From: Heptranchias perlo
Taxonomy: Eukaryota
DNA: 64,000 bases
Assembly: GCF_035084215.1 (NCBI RefSeq)
Contig: NC_090341.1
Coordinates: 51,522,001-51,586,000, forward strand
Reading direction: 5' to 3'
The translations under genes and the position numbers were made by a program. The notes below the pieces were generated by a model. The model was not told the origin of the DNA, made no database searches, and saw only the letters and a program-made list of their open reading frames with translations. Positions 22,119-34,545 of this stretch are shown piece by piece (the stretch's first letter is position 1; each line of letters opens with the position of its first letter).

Positions 22119-24365
22119 CGGGCTCAATTTTCAGATGTCCGAGCGGTGCGTTAGTGGCGGGGGGGGGGCTCTGAAAATTGGGGATTCCCGGGGCGGGTCT
22201 AGAGCCCGGCTCCAACCCGCCCACTTTCGGGTTCTCCAATGATGCGCTTAGATGCGCCCGCAGCCCCCGCATGCGGGACTCCCACCAGCAATTAAAGCTG
22301 GCGGGATGCCACTTATCAATTAATTTAATACTTCAGGTCGTTAGGAGACCTGATTGGGAGGATATTTTAGGAGGGGTGGGATTTTCCCCTGTACTGGGGG
22401 AAACACTCCCAGTTCAAATGGACATGTAGCAGCCACCAGCCTGTGGCAGCTGCAAAGGTCCATTTGACAGGTGGGGGGACCCTCACTCATTGCAGGAGGC
22501 CACTCTGTCACTTTGGACAAAGTTTGGCCTCCACCACCTCCTCCTAATGCTAAAATTCATAAACTTGCAACCTCAACCCCGGTGTGCAGACACATTTACC
22601 TACCTTGCGGACCCCCTCAAACGTACATCTTCCGGATGGGGGCCGCCGTAGCTGCAGTCATGACCTCCTCGGAGGGCGAACAGCCACGCCATCCACCTCT
22701 GACACATGGAGCTCCACAATACGGTGCTGTGACACATCCACCTGCACAGCAGGAGGGAGGGCAACCGCAGAGAGAGATGCGTCGCAGAGGGCACTACCCT
22801 CGCCACAGGGTCTACAGACCGAGGCTTAGCTTCCTGGACCTCTCTGAGGGAGCAGTGCACACGGAGGCTCAGAGTCATTCGACATGTAGTTGTGGACATC
22901 TGCAGCCTCCTTCATGCCGAGCTGCTCCCGGCTGACCCGAGCACTATCTTCTTACCTGTCGCTGTCAAAGTCACCACTGACCTCAACAACTTCTCCTCCG
23001 GATCCTTCCAGGGTGCCACCGGGGACATTGCCAATGTCTCTCAGTCGTCTGCACAAAAGAGCCCTGCAAATACACCTACACCCACTCTGCAGTGACACAA
23101 TGGGTGGTATCAGGTGTGGGTCTTCATGGTGATCCTCAGGAAAGGGCATTATTGCACAAACCAGACAAGATTTGCAAAGACATGGCAGTAGTGGTGATAA
23201 CAAATTTTTATGTTTTTTTGCAAAACAAACAAAAGTAAATCAAAGACATGACATTTTGTCTTACACCCTTGTGCATCCCCTTTGTGCTCACAAAACCTTT
23301 GTCTTATGTTTACGGGAACCCCTACGTGGTGCTATCCCTCTGGCTTCAGCAGAGGTAGTGGCAGGTTGCTCTTGTCCATGCCCAGACCGATGAGATGCTT
23401 TGCGCGGACGCCCTCTGGGTTTCGGTGCCCGTGAGGGCCCCTCCAAAGACTGCTCCACCTGCACCTGTGCAGGGGCAGACTCGACCACCTGGAGAGGAGG
23501 CAGCATTGCGGGTACTGGTTGAGAGGGGGGCAATAGGTGAGACGTGGGACGCTTTGAGTGGCGTCCCCACTTCCATGTCCCCTTTCACCATCATCCCTCT
23601 CCTGGCCCAGGCCCACATCACTCCTTCCACCCTGCTGGACGACAGTTTGGAGGACATGTGTGAAGCCTTGGAAGGGCAGTTGTAAGGTATCTGCCTTCCT
23701 GTTTAAGGCGGCAGAACGTTGCTCACCCTGACTCCGAACGGCCGTTGTCAGGGCCTCAACGGACTCATTGTTGAGCTGTGCTTGAAGCTCGATGGAGGCT
23801 AGCCTTTCCCCCATCACAGACATTCCCGCACCTACCCGCGACACTGTCTCAGAGATGCCCTCATGTCCCTGTGACACTAGCTCAGAGATACCCTCCTGTA
23901 CCTGTGCCACCATTCCACTCATGCAGGAGTTGGACTCCTCCATCCTCTGCGCGATTGTGGAGAGTGTGCGTGGCAACTGTTCCAGTACCTCAGCAATGTG
24001 CTGCTGGCCCTCGATGACTCTCCTTTTCATGGCTGGCCCCCAGGGTTCAGCGTCTGGGTCCAGCTGAGCAGAGCCTGGAGAAGAGTGCTCCCACCAATGC
24101 GGACTCTCCACGGCTGCCCCTGCCACCAGGGTCTGCTCGTGCTCACGTGCGTGGTCACTCACCATGTGCAAGCCCAACTAAGTGAGGATGGGGACCCACC
24201 GAGGTGTGTGTATCTGCGCTGATGGATGGCTCGCTCAGATGTGACGATGCACCCACAGAGGCCGGCAGGTCCACTGAGGAATCGCCCTCCGCAGTCACGG
24301 CGCTCGCAGATGGCCATGCAAGAGAACGCAAAGCAATATTAAGCATGTGGACAAATGTTGAGGTG
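22119..24365. mobile_element. Internally deleted Harbinger element inside the CR1
   Basis: GGGCTCAATTTTC terminus; HARBI1-like RVYRPRLSFLDLSE..LPVAVKVTT.LNNFSSGSFQ on +; Myb-gene C-terminal part (23332-24177) on -; homologous to 28262-30262. Confidence 0.8.
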
Positions 24366-24810
24366 CTGCAGATAGTATCCAAATAACTCTTCCCCCACTC
24401 TGATGCATCGCAGTGTCCGCAGCTCAGACTCCAGCCCAACAACTATGAGCCGAAGATCCTCGAGCTGCAGACACTTACTGCAGGTGTGGTTGCTCGGGAT
24501 CTCGCAAACTCCCCCATGCTGCAGTTACGACACACCACCTGCCCTGCCATCTTTATCTAACCTTGTTTTATATAATTAGTTTTTAAAAAGTTTTTATTCA
24601 ATGGATTATTTATAGTTTTATTAATCTAGTTAATAATCTAGTTTGTTATTAATTTAATAAAGTAGTAGCAGTTTCATTCTCCCAGCTCTTAATTTAACCC
24701 ACTGCCCTAACTTAGAGGGAAAGAATGCAGTAATACTTACCAGCCAATCACCTACCTGCCGTCCCATGACGTCACTCCTTGATTTTTTTTCCAGTCCCAC
24801 GGAATGTATC

Positions 24811-25545
24811 GCCCCCGCCCCGGTCCCCGACCGGACCCTCCCCCGTCTCCCCCGCCCCGGTCCCCGACCGGACCCTCCCCCGTCTCCCCCGCCCGGCCCC
24901 TCCCCCGTCTCCCCCGCCCCGGTCCCCGACCGGACCCTCCCCCGTCTCCCCCGCCCCGGTCCCCGACCGGACCCTCCCCCGTCTCCTCCGCCCCGGTCCC
25001 CGACCGGACCCTCCCCCGTCTCCCCCGCCCCGGTCCCCGACCGGAGTCTCCCCCGCCCCGGTCCCCGACCGGACCCTCCCCCGTCTCCCCCGCCCCGGTC
25101 CCCGACCGGACCCTCCCCCGTCTCCCCCGTCCCGGTCCCCGACCGGGCCTTCCCCCGTCTCCCCCGCCCCGGTCCCCGACCGGACACTCCCCCGTCTCCC
25201 CCGCCCCGGTCCCCGACCGGGCCCTCCCCCGTCTCCCCCGCCCCGGTCCCTGACCGGACCCTCCCCCGTCTCCCCCGCCCCGGTCCCTGACCGGACCCTC
25301 CCCCGTCTCCCCCGCCCCGGTCCCCGACCGGCCCCAACCCCGTCTCCCCCGCCCCAGTCCCCGACCGGACCCTCCCCCGCCCCGGTCCCTGACCGGCCCC
25401 AACCCCGTCTCCCCCGCCCCGGTCCCCGACCAGCCCCAACCCCGCCCCTCCACCGCCCCGGTCCCCGACCGGGCCCGCCCCCGCCGCGGTCCCCGACCGG
25501 ACCCTCCCCCACCCCGGTCCCCGACCGGGCCCGCCCCCGCCTCCG
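24811..25545 (-). repeat. 37-bp G-rich tandem array (~20 units, some truncated) in CR1 5' UTR
   Basis: Sense unit GAGACGGGGGAGGGTCCGGTCGGGGACCGGGGCGGGG; the 37-aa periodicity of the overlapping ORFs confirms the period. Confidence 0.95.
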
Positions 25546-25647
25546 CCACTCCTCGGGACTTTAGGCCTTCGATCCTCCCTTTTATTTACCTGCCTTCACT
25601 GCTCTAATCCCCGTTGAGGTCCGCTCCTGCCTCCACTGCTCCTCCTG

Positions 25648-26070
25648 AATAACAATTCCAGAGATCAAACCAAGATTTGGTTCCTGTCGAGATCCTGGAG
25701 TCACTCGGAACGTTCTGTCCCAGTCTCTGGTCTCCACTCCTGCTTTGTTGCTATGCTGCACCTGACAGGAGTTGGTGGCTTTGTCCTTGGGTTCGATCTG
25801 AACCCATTTCTTCATCTGGTTTGGCAGGGTGTCAGTGGAATCCGTGTCCGGGATCAGCTGTCCATTTCTCAGGAGGGTGACTTCAATGTTGCGAGGGTAA
25901 AACTCCGTGACCAGGCAGGAGAGTTTGTTCACTTTAGTGTCTGACGCCTTATCTACAGAAGCAAATGCTTGAGGAGCAACGGCTCTCTGATCTCTGCAGG
26001 TATTTCCTTAGCCCCTTGACACACCTCCTCCTCCAGATAACCCTTCTTCTGGTCCCACTTGTTCTCGGTT
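25648..26070 (-). pseudogene. MHC class I pseudogene, 5' part (end of alpha2, alpha3, connecting peptide, TM start), intronless
   Basis: TENKWD-QKKGYLEEE-CVKGLRKYLQ (alpha2), VAPQ..LSCLVTEFYPRNIEVTLLRNG..LPN-QMKKWV..SCQVQHS (C1-set Ig), NLGLISGIVI. Confidence 0.9.
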
Positions 26071-26131
26071 TGGTCTATTTACTTGTTTAAAGTAAACAGT
26101 TTGTTTTTACCGTTGCCTCTTATTTTCAGTT

Positions 26132-26685
26132 TGTTCAGGAGGTCCCTTTTCCCACTTTCACTCTCCGTGTTTCCAACCTTCTCCTTCACCTCGTCAGTCA
26201 CTCAGCAGGGTGCTGGATTTCCCAGCTGGCCACCCTCTCAGTTTTGCCCGAGTCCAGTTCGGAAACAGAACAACAAAATTACAATGAGGTCCTGCCGTTA
26301 TGCTCGGCAGAACCTCTGTGTCCCCGGGCTCACCGGGTTCTCCGCCTGCTCTCGGCCTCCCTCCCCGTAAATATCCGGGCCTATAATTCTCCTCCTAATT
26401 TACCCGAGTGCATTATGAGTGCAAAAAGCAGGAAACTGGGCACTGCAGCACCACTGGGCCCCATTACAATAAATGTAAAGGAGCTCACTCGGCAGCAAGG
26501 GCCATAGGTACAAATTTAAACCTGGTTCAGAGTGTAGTCCCCAGCGTTTACATTCCTTCCCCTAGTCCTGGCAGGCTTCAGAGAAGTGAAGCTGCTCCTT
26601 CCATTTAATAAATCGCAGTCCCAGGGAGGATAAAGGGCCCACTTCAGTCACCAATGAATACGGGCGGTAAAAACAGAAACTTAAA
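26132..26685. repeat. Copy 2 of the local duplication, directly upstream of the MHC pseudogene
   Basis: Matches 18320-18858; 26132-26382 looks like a MITE end, 26383-26685 carries ISRE-like, GC, inverted CCAAT and TATA-like motifs on -. Confidence 0.9.
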
Positions 26686-26737
26686 TTGTTAAAGTTGAAT
26701 CTCCTGCTGGTCTCTCGGTGTCAGAAGCAAGTCCGTG

Positions 26738-27438
26738 GGCAGGATTTTAACTGAAAAAAAAGGTGGGTTGGGGGCGGGGGGCATTGAAAATTGCAAACAA
26801 TTTCAGAGCCGCCTCCAACCTACCCACTTCCTGTTTTCACCAGGATGGGACGAGGGGTGGGCAACCAACCTGCTCCCAGGAGGCGGTTTGGTCACTAAAA
26901 CCTTTCTAGAAGGCTGCGGGTCTCCATTTTAAAAGGCTTTGCAATTTTAACCCTTGGGGGCCGGGATTCTCGGCCTTCTCATTTATGCCATGTGAGAGGA
27001 GGCGAGAAGGCCCAAAACTACAGGTAAGTGCCTTTCTGGCACAACTTGCGGGCCCGGAGGAACAGGAGTGCTTCCCACAGGCCCAACAAGCCTGCCTGCA
27101 GCGACCCCCACCCCCATCCCCCGATGACTGACTCTCCCAGTGACTGACATCCAATTACTGACCTCTTCCCCCCCCCCCCCCACCCCACCCCCAATCCATA
27201 CAATCTAAGACCTACCTGAAGACTTACCTTTTCACGTCCTCTTCCTAGCTGAGCTCCCGTCCAACTAAGACCAACTTGTCAATCAGGCCGGCCTGTCGGA
27301 CTGCAAACTGACAAAAAAAATAAAAAGGTGTCTTTACGTCAAAATCGTAAGGACGTCCGGAAACCAGTACTTCCGGTTTCCCTTCCATGATTCGACCCCC
27401 TTCGCCCCCTTCCCAGCTCCGAGTCAGAATCCTGGCCC
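26738..27438. mobile_element. Harbinger-type MITE
   Basis: GGCAGGATTTTAACT ... AGTCAGAATCCTGGCCC ends; same family as 2817 and 8974. Confidence 0.7.
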
Positions 27439-27789
27439 AAGTTTTTGTTGGTAAAATGGCAAACAACAATAGCAGAAATCACTACTGAATCTCTTCAGGC
27501 TCGGAAACTCCTCTCTCAAGCCTGTGTCGGCTAATGCTGGCAGTAGCTGCACCATATGGGCTCGATAATAAACCCCCCCGCCCCCCAGCGATGGGTGGGA
27601 GAAGGTTGTGGGTGTGTTAAATATATGTAAATGAGCTCGCTCGGCAGGAAGGGTCAAAGAGCACAAGGGAACTCGGGGGGCGGGGGGGGGGGGGAGAAGA
27701 GAGGATTGATTTCGGGGACTTGCCGGGTTCTTAGCCCTCTGCCGAGCTCCCCCCTCACCCTTGTCTTACCAGAGTAGCCATGATGTGGA

Positions 27790-30650
27790 TGTAGCCAGAG
27801 TAGGATGGGGCTGTTTGCTAGCATACAATTTATGGAATCTCGGTTTGATTTCGGAGAGTTTTAATCGCAAATCAGTCTCTATATTCAAGCGGCTTCTACA
27901 CAAGATTATTGAGGTAAAGTTGACAAGTGTTTCAATGGCTCTTTGGGACAATCGGGAACTCTTTTCTAATTGACAACTGGAACTGATCAAGAGGCTGGAC
28001 TTCAACATTATCTCAAAACAGAATCTTCAGGACCGCCGATCAAATTCTCTTTTAGACTCACGGCAATCTTGGACTTTGCTACAAAGTCCTCTGATTTTGA
28101 ACCCAGGGCAAATCCTGTGATTCACTTGCCCGTTTCAGGGAAATAGTCGCTGAATTTTGTGCAAAGCTGAGCCAGATGCTCCAGAATGACATCTTTTAAC
28201 TTCTAGGTCTGACATTTAACAGTCCATAATAACAAGACAATGTCGGGAGCATAGTTACATTGAGCTCGATTTTCGCACCCCCGAGCGGGTGCATTCGTGG
28301 CGGGGGGCTGCGAAAATCGGGGATTCCCGGGCGGGTCTGGAGCCCGGCTCCAACCCGCCCACTTCCGGGTTCCCTAGTGACGCGCTGACATGCGCGCGCA
28401 GCCCCCGCATGCGGGACTCCCGCCGGCAATTAAAGCCGACGGGTTGCCATTTAAAGCAATCGTTGAGGCATTTCAGGTCGTTCAGAGACCTGATTAACAT
28501 GACATTTTAGGAGGGGTGGAATTTTGCAATGAACTGGGACTGTTTCCCGTACTGGGGGAAACACTCCCAGTTCAAATGGACGTGTTGCAGCCATCAGCCT
28601 GTGGCAGCTGTAAAGGTCCATTTGACAGGTGGGGTGGGGGGGGGAGACCCTCACTCATTGCAGGAGGCCACTCAGTCACTTTGGACAAAGTTTAGCCACC
28701 ACCCTCCTCCTAACAATAAAATTCACCAACTTGCACACTTACCCTGGATTGCAGACATATTTACCTACCTTGCGGACCCCGTCATGCGTACATCTTCTGG
28801 ATGGGGGCCGCCGTAGCTGCAGTCATGACCTCCTCGGAGGACGAACAGCATCACCAGCCTTGCCGGCCACGCTGTCCACCTCTGACGCGTGGAGCTCCAC
28901 AACACAGTGCTGTAACACATCCACCTGCACAGCAGGAGGGAGGGCAACGGCAGAGAGAGATGCGTCGCAGAAGGCACTACCCTCGCCACAGGGTCCACAG
29001 ACCGAGGCTCAGCTTCCTGGACCTCTCTGAGCAGCATTGCACACGGAGGCTCAGAGTCACTCGACATGTAGTCGTGGACATCTGCAGCCTCCTTCATGCC
29101 GAGCTGCTCCCGGCTGGCCTGAGCACCATCTTCTTACCTGTCGCTTTCAGAATCACCACTGCCCTCAACAACTTCTCCTACGGATCCTTCCAGGGTACCA
29201 CCGGGGACATCGCCGATGTCTCTCAGTCGTCTGCACAAAAGAGCCCTGCAAATACACCTACACCCACTCTGCAGTGACACAATGGGTAGCATCAGTTGTG
29301 GGTCTTCATAGTGATCCTCAGGAAAGGGCATTATTGCACAAACCAGACAAGATTCGCAAAGACGTGGCAGTAGTGGTGACAATATAATAGGTTATGTGAG
29401 TTGATCAGAAATTAAATATAAGTAAAAACCATGACAAACCCTCAAACACCCTTGTGCATCCCCTTCATGCTCACAACACGTTTGCCTTACGCTTCCTATT
29501 GCACATATGTGATGCATGCCCTGTGGCTGCAGCACAGGTAGTGGCAGGTTGAGTGAGGCTGACTGTGAAAGAGATGCATGAGAAGGTGAGAATGAGATAG
29601 AACCATGAGATTGTATGAGGATTGGGTTAAGTGGTAGTGGCGGGATGAGTACTGGCGAGGTGAGTAAGTGCAGGTAAGATGAGGATGAACTTTGAGTGGG
29701 TGTGAGGGGTGATGTGACAGAGTAGTGTTGGCAGTGCAGAAGGAGATGTGGGGTGGGGGCGGTGATGTGGCAGACGGAGTGTAGGGGGTGTACTCACTTC
29801 GGCTGGTGCGCGATATGTTGGTGGTGCAGGTGACCTCCTGTGCCACCTTGAGCCAGGCCTTCTTGGTGGCAGAGGCAGGCCACTTCCTCCCGCCCGCCGG
29901 GGAGAAGATCTCTGTCCTCCCCCTCCTCGTCACCCCATCCAATAAGAACTGGAGTGCGGCATCATTAAACCTGGGAGCAGCCTTTCCCCTGGGCTGCTCC
30001 ATGCTGTAATTTTTCCTATTTCCTGCAGCATCAGTCAGTGGAGGACTGCCCCTTTAAATAGGGCTCCTCCAGCTGACAGCCTATGCTGCGCATGTGCAGT
30101 CCGCCCGCCGTGCAGCTTACCAGCGCGAAACCCGGAAGCAAAGGTAAGTGGCTCCAATTAGCCTGCGATTCCGTGCGGAGCAGACTGATTTCACCGGGCG
30201 CGTTACCCACGCGCCCAGTCGACCCCCCGCTGCGAACCCGCCGCCCTGCTAATATCGGGCCCATTGTCTTGCAGTACATCGCTACTCCATGGCTAAAGTT
30301 TATTGGTAAAGCTCTGTATTTTCCTGTGCATGATGAAAATGTTACAGTTCTTACTTTGCAAAGAAAGATCAAATTCATTGAGCCTCTCAAATATGTTGGC
30401 CAATAATGCCTGGAACTGCTGGTTGAGGAAATGATGAAGTGGTGATGCACTGGTTTCTTGCTGCCCTGAATGAGAACTTCAGCACAAACAACACCTCACG
30501 GTCGAGAATTTTCATCAGAACCAGTAAACATGAATCCCAAGTCCGGTCAGGAAGGATTGTATTTTGTATTTTTCCTTTGCCCGACTCTACCTGTTCCTTC
30601 CAACATCCTCAACTTTTAGACAACGCTCTTTTCATTCACAATTACCAAAC
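27790..30650 (-). pseudogene. Internally deleted hAT-Charlie (ZBED5/SCAND3-like) transposase, split by Harbinger
   Basis: GFMFTG..RP*GVVCAEVL..KP, ANIFERLNEFDLSLQ..IQSFTNKL, DVILEHLAQLCTKFSDYFPE, RSRLNIETDLRLKLSEIKP..SKQPHP. Confidence 0.8.
28262..30262. mobile_element. Non-autonomous Harbinger with both ends
   Basis: TIRs GAGCTCGATTTTCGCA / TGCTAATATCGGGCCC, 3-bp TSD ATT; HARBI1-like N-terminus on + (28801-29277), Myb/SANT exon on - (from 30002). Confidence 0.88.
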
Positions 30651-30655
30651 ACCGA

Positions 30656-31189
30656 GGCCCCAATATTAACGGGGAGGGTGCCGGGGAGCGCGTTAGCAGG
30701 TGAAAAACCCAGCAAGACCGATAACACGGAGACCCTGCCACAGACTCCTGCCTGGCTGATGGGCGGGAATGGAATCTTAGCGGCATGAGGCCGCAGCCGG
30801 GAACAGTGTTTGGGGGGTGGGGGCGGTGCGGGCGCGATCGGGAGGGTGGAGAGTCAGTCACAAGTTCGGGGCTGGAGGGGCTGAAGGCTTCCTAGTGAGA
30901 CCGTGGGGAGCAGTCCTGCTCCTCCTGGCCCACAAGGAGTTCTAAAAGGAACTTTATGTCGGTGACTCCCGCCTGAGATCTGCCGGGCAGCCGACTGTGT
31001 GGACCTCCCACTGATGTCCAGTTAAGTTTGAAACGTGGCACCGATTACATCACTGGGCCGTGACTTTCAAATGGTAACTAGGCCCCCGAAAAATCTAAAC
31101 GGCCGGAAATGGGGTCACGTTGCTCAATCCCGATATTTTAACCCTCTCCCACCCATCGGGGAGGGAGTGTGGGTTTAAAATCGAGGCCC
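30656..31189. mobile_element. Harbinger-type MITE
   Basis: GGCCCCAATATTAAC ... TTTAAAATCGAGGCC ends; gctcctcctggcccacaag motif. Confidence 0.6.
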
Positions 31190-32029
31190 AAAAGTCTCAT
31201 TCACGACAGTTATATAATGCAGGAGCTACGGGGCGCTGATGTGGCGTGAGCTCATTGAGCATTGATACAAGGTGATCGTGTGATCAGAGGGGGAGATTTG
31301 ACCCTTTCACTGCCTGCCCAACTCACCTCAACCCAGCAATTTGGCACTGTGATCCTGGGAATTCCACCGGAAGCAGCTCTGAAAGGTCCAACAGGATCTA
31401 CATCTAATGGGAGAATGTTGATCTCATTTTCGAACCTACCACCAATCTGTCAGAGAGGGATATTAGATCGTTCAGGGAGAACGGAAAAGGATGCACGTTT
31501 GTTTCCTCGTAACTCGGACTCCCCCCCCACTCCCCCTAGACAGTAGGGATCAGCCTCGTGACCCTTCTTGTGGGATCCTCCTCTCCTGGACCCTTTTCTT
31601 GAGGACTCTAATTTAATGTGGGGGAGATTTGAAACTGCAGAAGCCCTTGTCTCATACGGCAATAACTCCTGTGCATTACGTGGGAACCACTTCAGATTTT
31701 GAGACAGTCTGAGTCTAGTATGTGGCTATAAATCTAAAGATTCGCCTAGATATTTAGCCGCACAGTGCCTGTTTTTCGGGCACTAAACAGCATCCTAAGC
31801 CTCCAATAATGATGGGCAGGATGCACGCGCCCATTTCTGGACGGAAGTGCGCTGTCCCTCACATTGGATAAGGAGTTTGCGCTGGCAACGTTTTCAATAT
31901 TCTAACACCCAAGTGCTTCACTCGCCACAAGCTGAACTCACACAGCACAACGTGGCACTAACCAGCAACAAGGACCCCGTACTTCCCTGAATGTGGAGCT
32001 GGGCAGTAGTGCTCCTGACCCCAATATTG

Positions 32030-34086
32030 GGAAAGGTGGCTCAACCGTGGCTTACAGAAGAAATTAGGAATAGTATTAGATCCAAAGAGGAGACATATAA
32101 AATTGCCAGAAAAAGCGGCAAGCCTGAGGATTGGGAGCAGTTTAGAATTCAGCAAAGGAGAACAAAGAGATTGATTAAGAGGGGAAAAATAGAGTATGAG
32201 AGTAAACTAGCAGGGAACATAAAAACTGACTGTAAAAGCATCTATAAATATGTCAAGAGAAAAAGATTAGTGAAGACAAATGTAGGTCCCTTACAGTCAG
32301 AAATGGGGGGAATTATAATGGGGAATAAAGAAATGGCAGAACAATTAAACACATACTTTGGTTCTGTCTTCACAAAGGAGGACACAAATAATCTCCCAGA
32401 AATGTTAGGGAACCAAGGGTCTAGTGAGAGGGAGGAACTGAAGGAAATCGGTATTAGTAAAAAAAATAGTGCTAGGGAAATTAATGGGGCTAAAGGCTGA
32501 CAAATCCCCAGGGCCTGATAATCTACATCCCAGAGTACTAAAGGAAGTGGCTCTGGAAATAGTGAATGCATTGGTGATCATCTTCCAAAATTCTATAGAC
32601 TCTGGAACAATTCCTACAGATTGGAGGGTGGCAAATGTAACCCCAGTATTTAAAAAAGGAGGGAGAGAAAAAACAGGGAATTACAGACCAGTTAGCCGAA
32701 CATCAGTAGTGGGGATAATGCTAGAGTCTATTATAAAGGATGTGATAACAGAACACTTGGAAGGCATTAACGGTATTAGACAAAGTCAGCATGGGTTTAT
32801 GAAAGGGAAATCATGCTTAACAAATCTACTGGAGTATTTTGAGGATGTAACTAGTAGAATAGATAGGGGGGAGAACCAGTGGATGTGGTGTACTTGGATT
32901 TTCAGAAGGCTTTTGATAAGGTCCCACACAAGAGGTTAGTGTGCAAAATTAGCGCACATGGGATTGGGGAGAATATACTGGCATGGATTGAGAATTGGTT
33001 GACAGACAGGAAACAGAGAGTAGGAATAAATGGGTCTTTTTCCAGGTGGCAGGCAGTGACTAGTGAGGTACCGCAGAGATCAGTGCTTGGGCCCCAGCTA
33101 TTCACAATATATATCAATGATTTGGATGAGGGAACAGAATGTAACATTTCCAAGTTTGCAGACAACACAAAGCTGGGATGGAATGTGAGCTGTGAGGAGG
33201 ATGCAAAGAGGCTCCAATGTGATTTAGACAAGTTGGCTGAGTGGGCAAGAACATGGCAGATGCAGTATAACGTGGATAAATGTGAGGTTATCCACTTTGG
33301 TTGTAAAAACAGAAAGACATTATTATCTGAATGGTGATAGATTGGGAAAAGGGGAGTGCAATGAGATCTGGGTGTCCTTGTACACCAGTCGCTGAAAGCG
33401 AACATTCAGGTGCTGCAAGCAGTTAGGAAGGCGAATGGTATGTTGGCGTTCGTTGCAAGAGGATTTGGAGTACAGGAACAGGGATGTCTTACTGCAGTTA
33501 TACCGCAGGGCCTTGGTGAGACCACATCTGGAGTATTGTGTGCAGTTTTGGTCTCCTTATCTGAGGAAGGATGTCCTTGCCATGGAGGGAGTGCAACGAA
33601 GGTTTACCAGACTGATTCCTGGGATGGCAGGACTGACGTATGAGGAGAGATTGGGTCGACTAGGCCGATATTCACTTAGAGTTTAGAAGAATGAGAGGTG
33701 ATCTAGTCGAAACATAAAATTCTAACAGAACTAGACAGACTAGATGCAGGGAGGATGTTCCCGATGGCTGGGGAGTCCAGAACCAGGGGTCACAGTCTCA
33801 GGATACGGGGTATGCCATTTAGAACCGAGATGAGGAGAAATTTCTTCACTCAGAGGGTGGTGAACCTGTGGAATTCTCTACCACAGAAGGCAGTGGAGGC
33901 CAAGTCATTAAATATATTCAAGAAGGAGATAGATATATTTCTTAATGCTAAAGGGATCAAGGGATATGGGGAAAAAGCGGGAACAGAGAACTGAGTTGGA
34001 CGATCAGCCATGATCATTTTGAATGGCGGAGCAGGCCCAAAGGGCCGAATGACCTATTCTTGCTCCTATTTTCTATGTTTCTATGT
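32030..34086 (+). mobile_element. 5'-truncated, frameshifted CR1 LINE
   Basis: ORF2 pieces 31991-33994 (KSPGPD, NYRPVS, YLDFQKAFDKV, RPHLEYCVQFW); tail TTTCTATGTTTCTATG. Confidence 0.92.
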
Positions 34087-34545
34087 GCCTTGGGCTTCAC
34101 CATTCATGGGCAGCGATTGTTGCCCACATGGCCAAAAATGGGTTACAAATTTTCATGGGTGTTGTCTTTTACTAATTATTTAAAAGTGCTTTTTTAAAAT
34201 AATTTTTGGGATGCTATAGCTTTTTCCCTTTATTTGAGAAAAAAACAACTAAGATTCCCTGATTTTAGCGCCAAAATATCAGCAATGCCAGGGGCTTTTG
34301 TACATCCATTAGACATTTCTTTTTTGTAACCGTGGCGCTGAACTTTTACAGCTCGGGATCCTTTCAGGCCTCTGCTGGCAACATGTGCAACATCTCGCAG
34401 CTTGCAGCGCACTGCTGCATAAGAGAGATCACTGAGGCACTACATGAACTGCGCAACAGGTTCATCACATTCCCTCTTGACAGAGCGAAGCAGAACGAGT
34501 GAGCACGAGGGTTTGCTCGTATTGCAGGCTTCCCCATAGTGCAGG

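Larger units (their letters stand above)
20054..25647 (-). mobile_element. Degenerate CR1 LINE inserted in the MHC TM region
   Basis: 3' tail at 20054, ORF2 fragments 20200-22118 (FADD, YLDFQKAFDKV), ORF1 start near 24551 (MAGQVVCRNC..CSKCLQLE), 5' UTR with 37-bp array; AATAA duplicated at 20049-20053 and 25648-25652. Confidence 0.85.

Noticed and set aside
24654-25564. Six overlapping Gly/Pro/Arg-rich ORFs
   Set aside because: Artefact of a stop-free 37-bp GC-rich repeat.
25582-25932. Functional MHC alpha3 exon of a spliced gene
   Set aside because: No splice sites at domain borders, deletions in conserved motifs, frameshifts, and TM interrupted by CR1.
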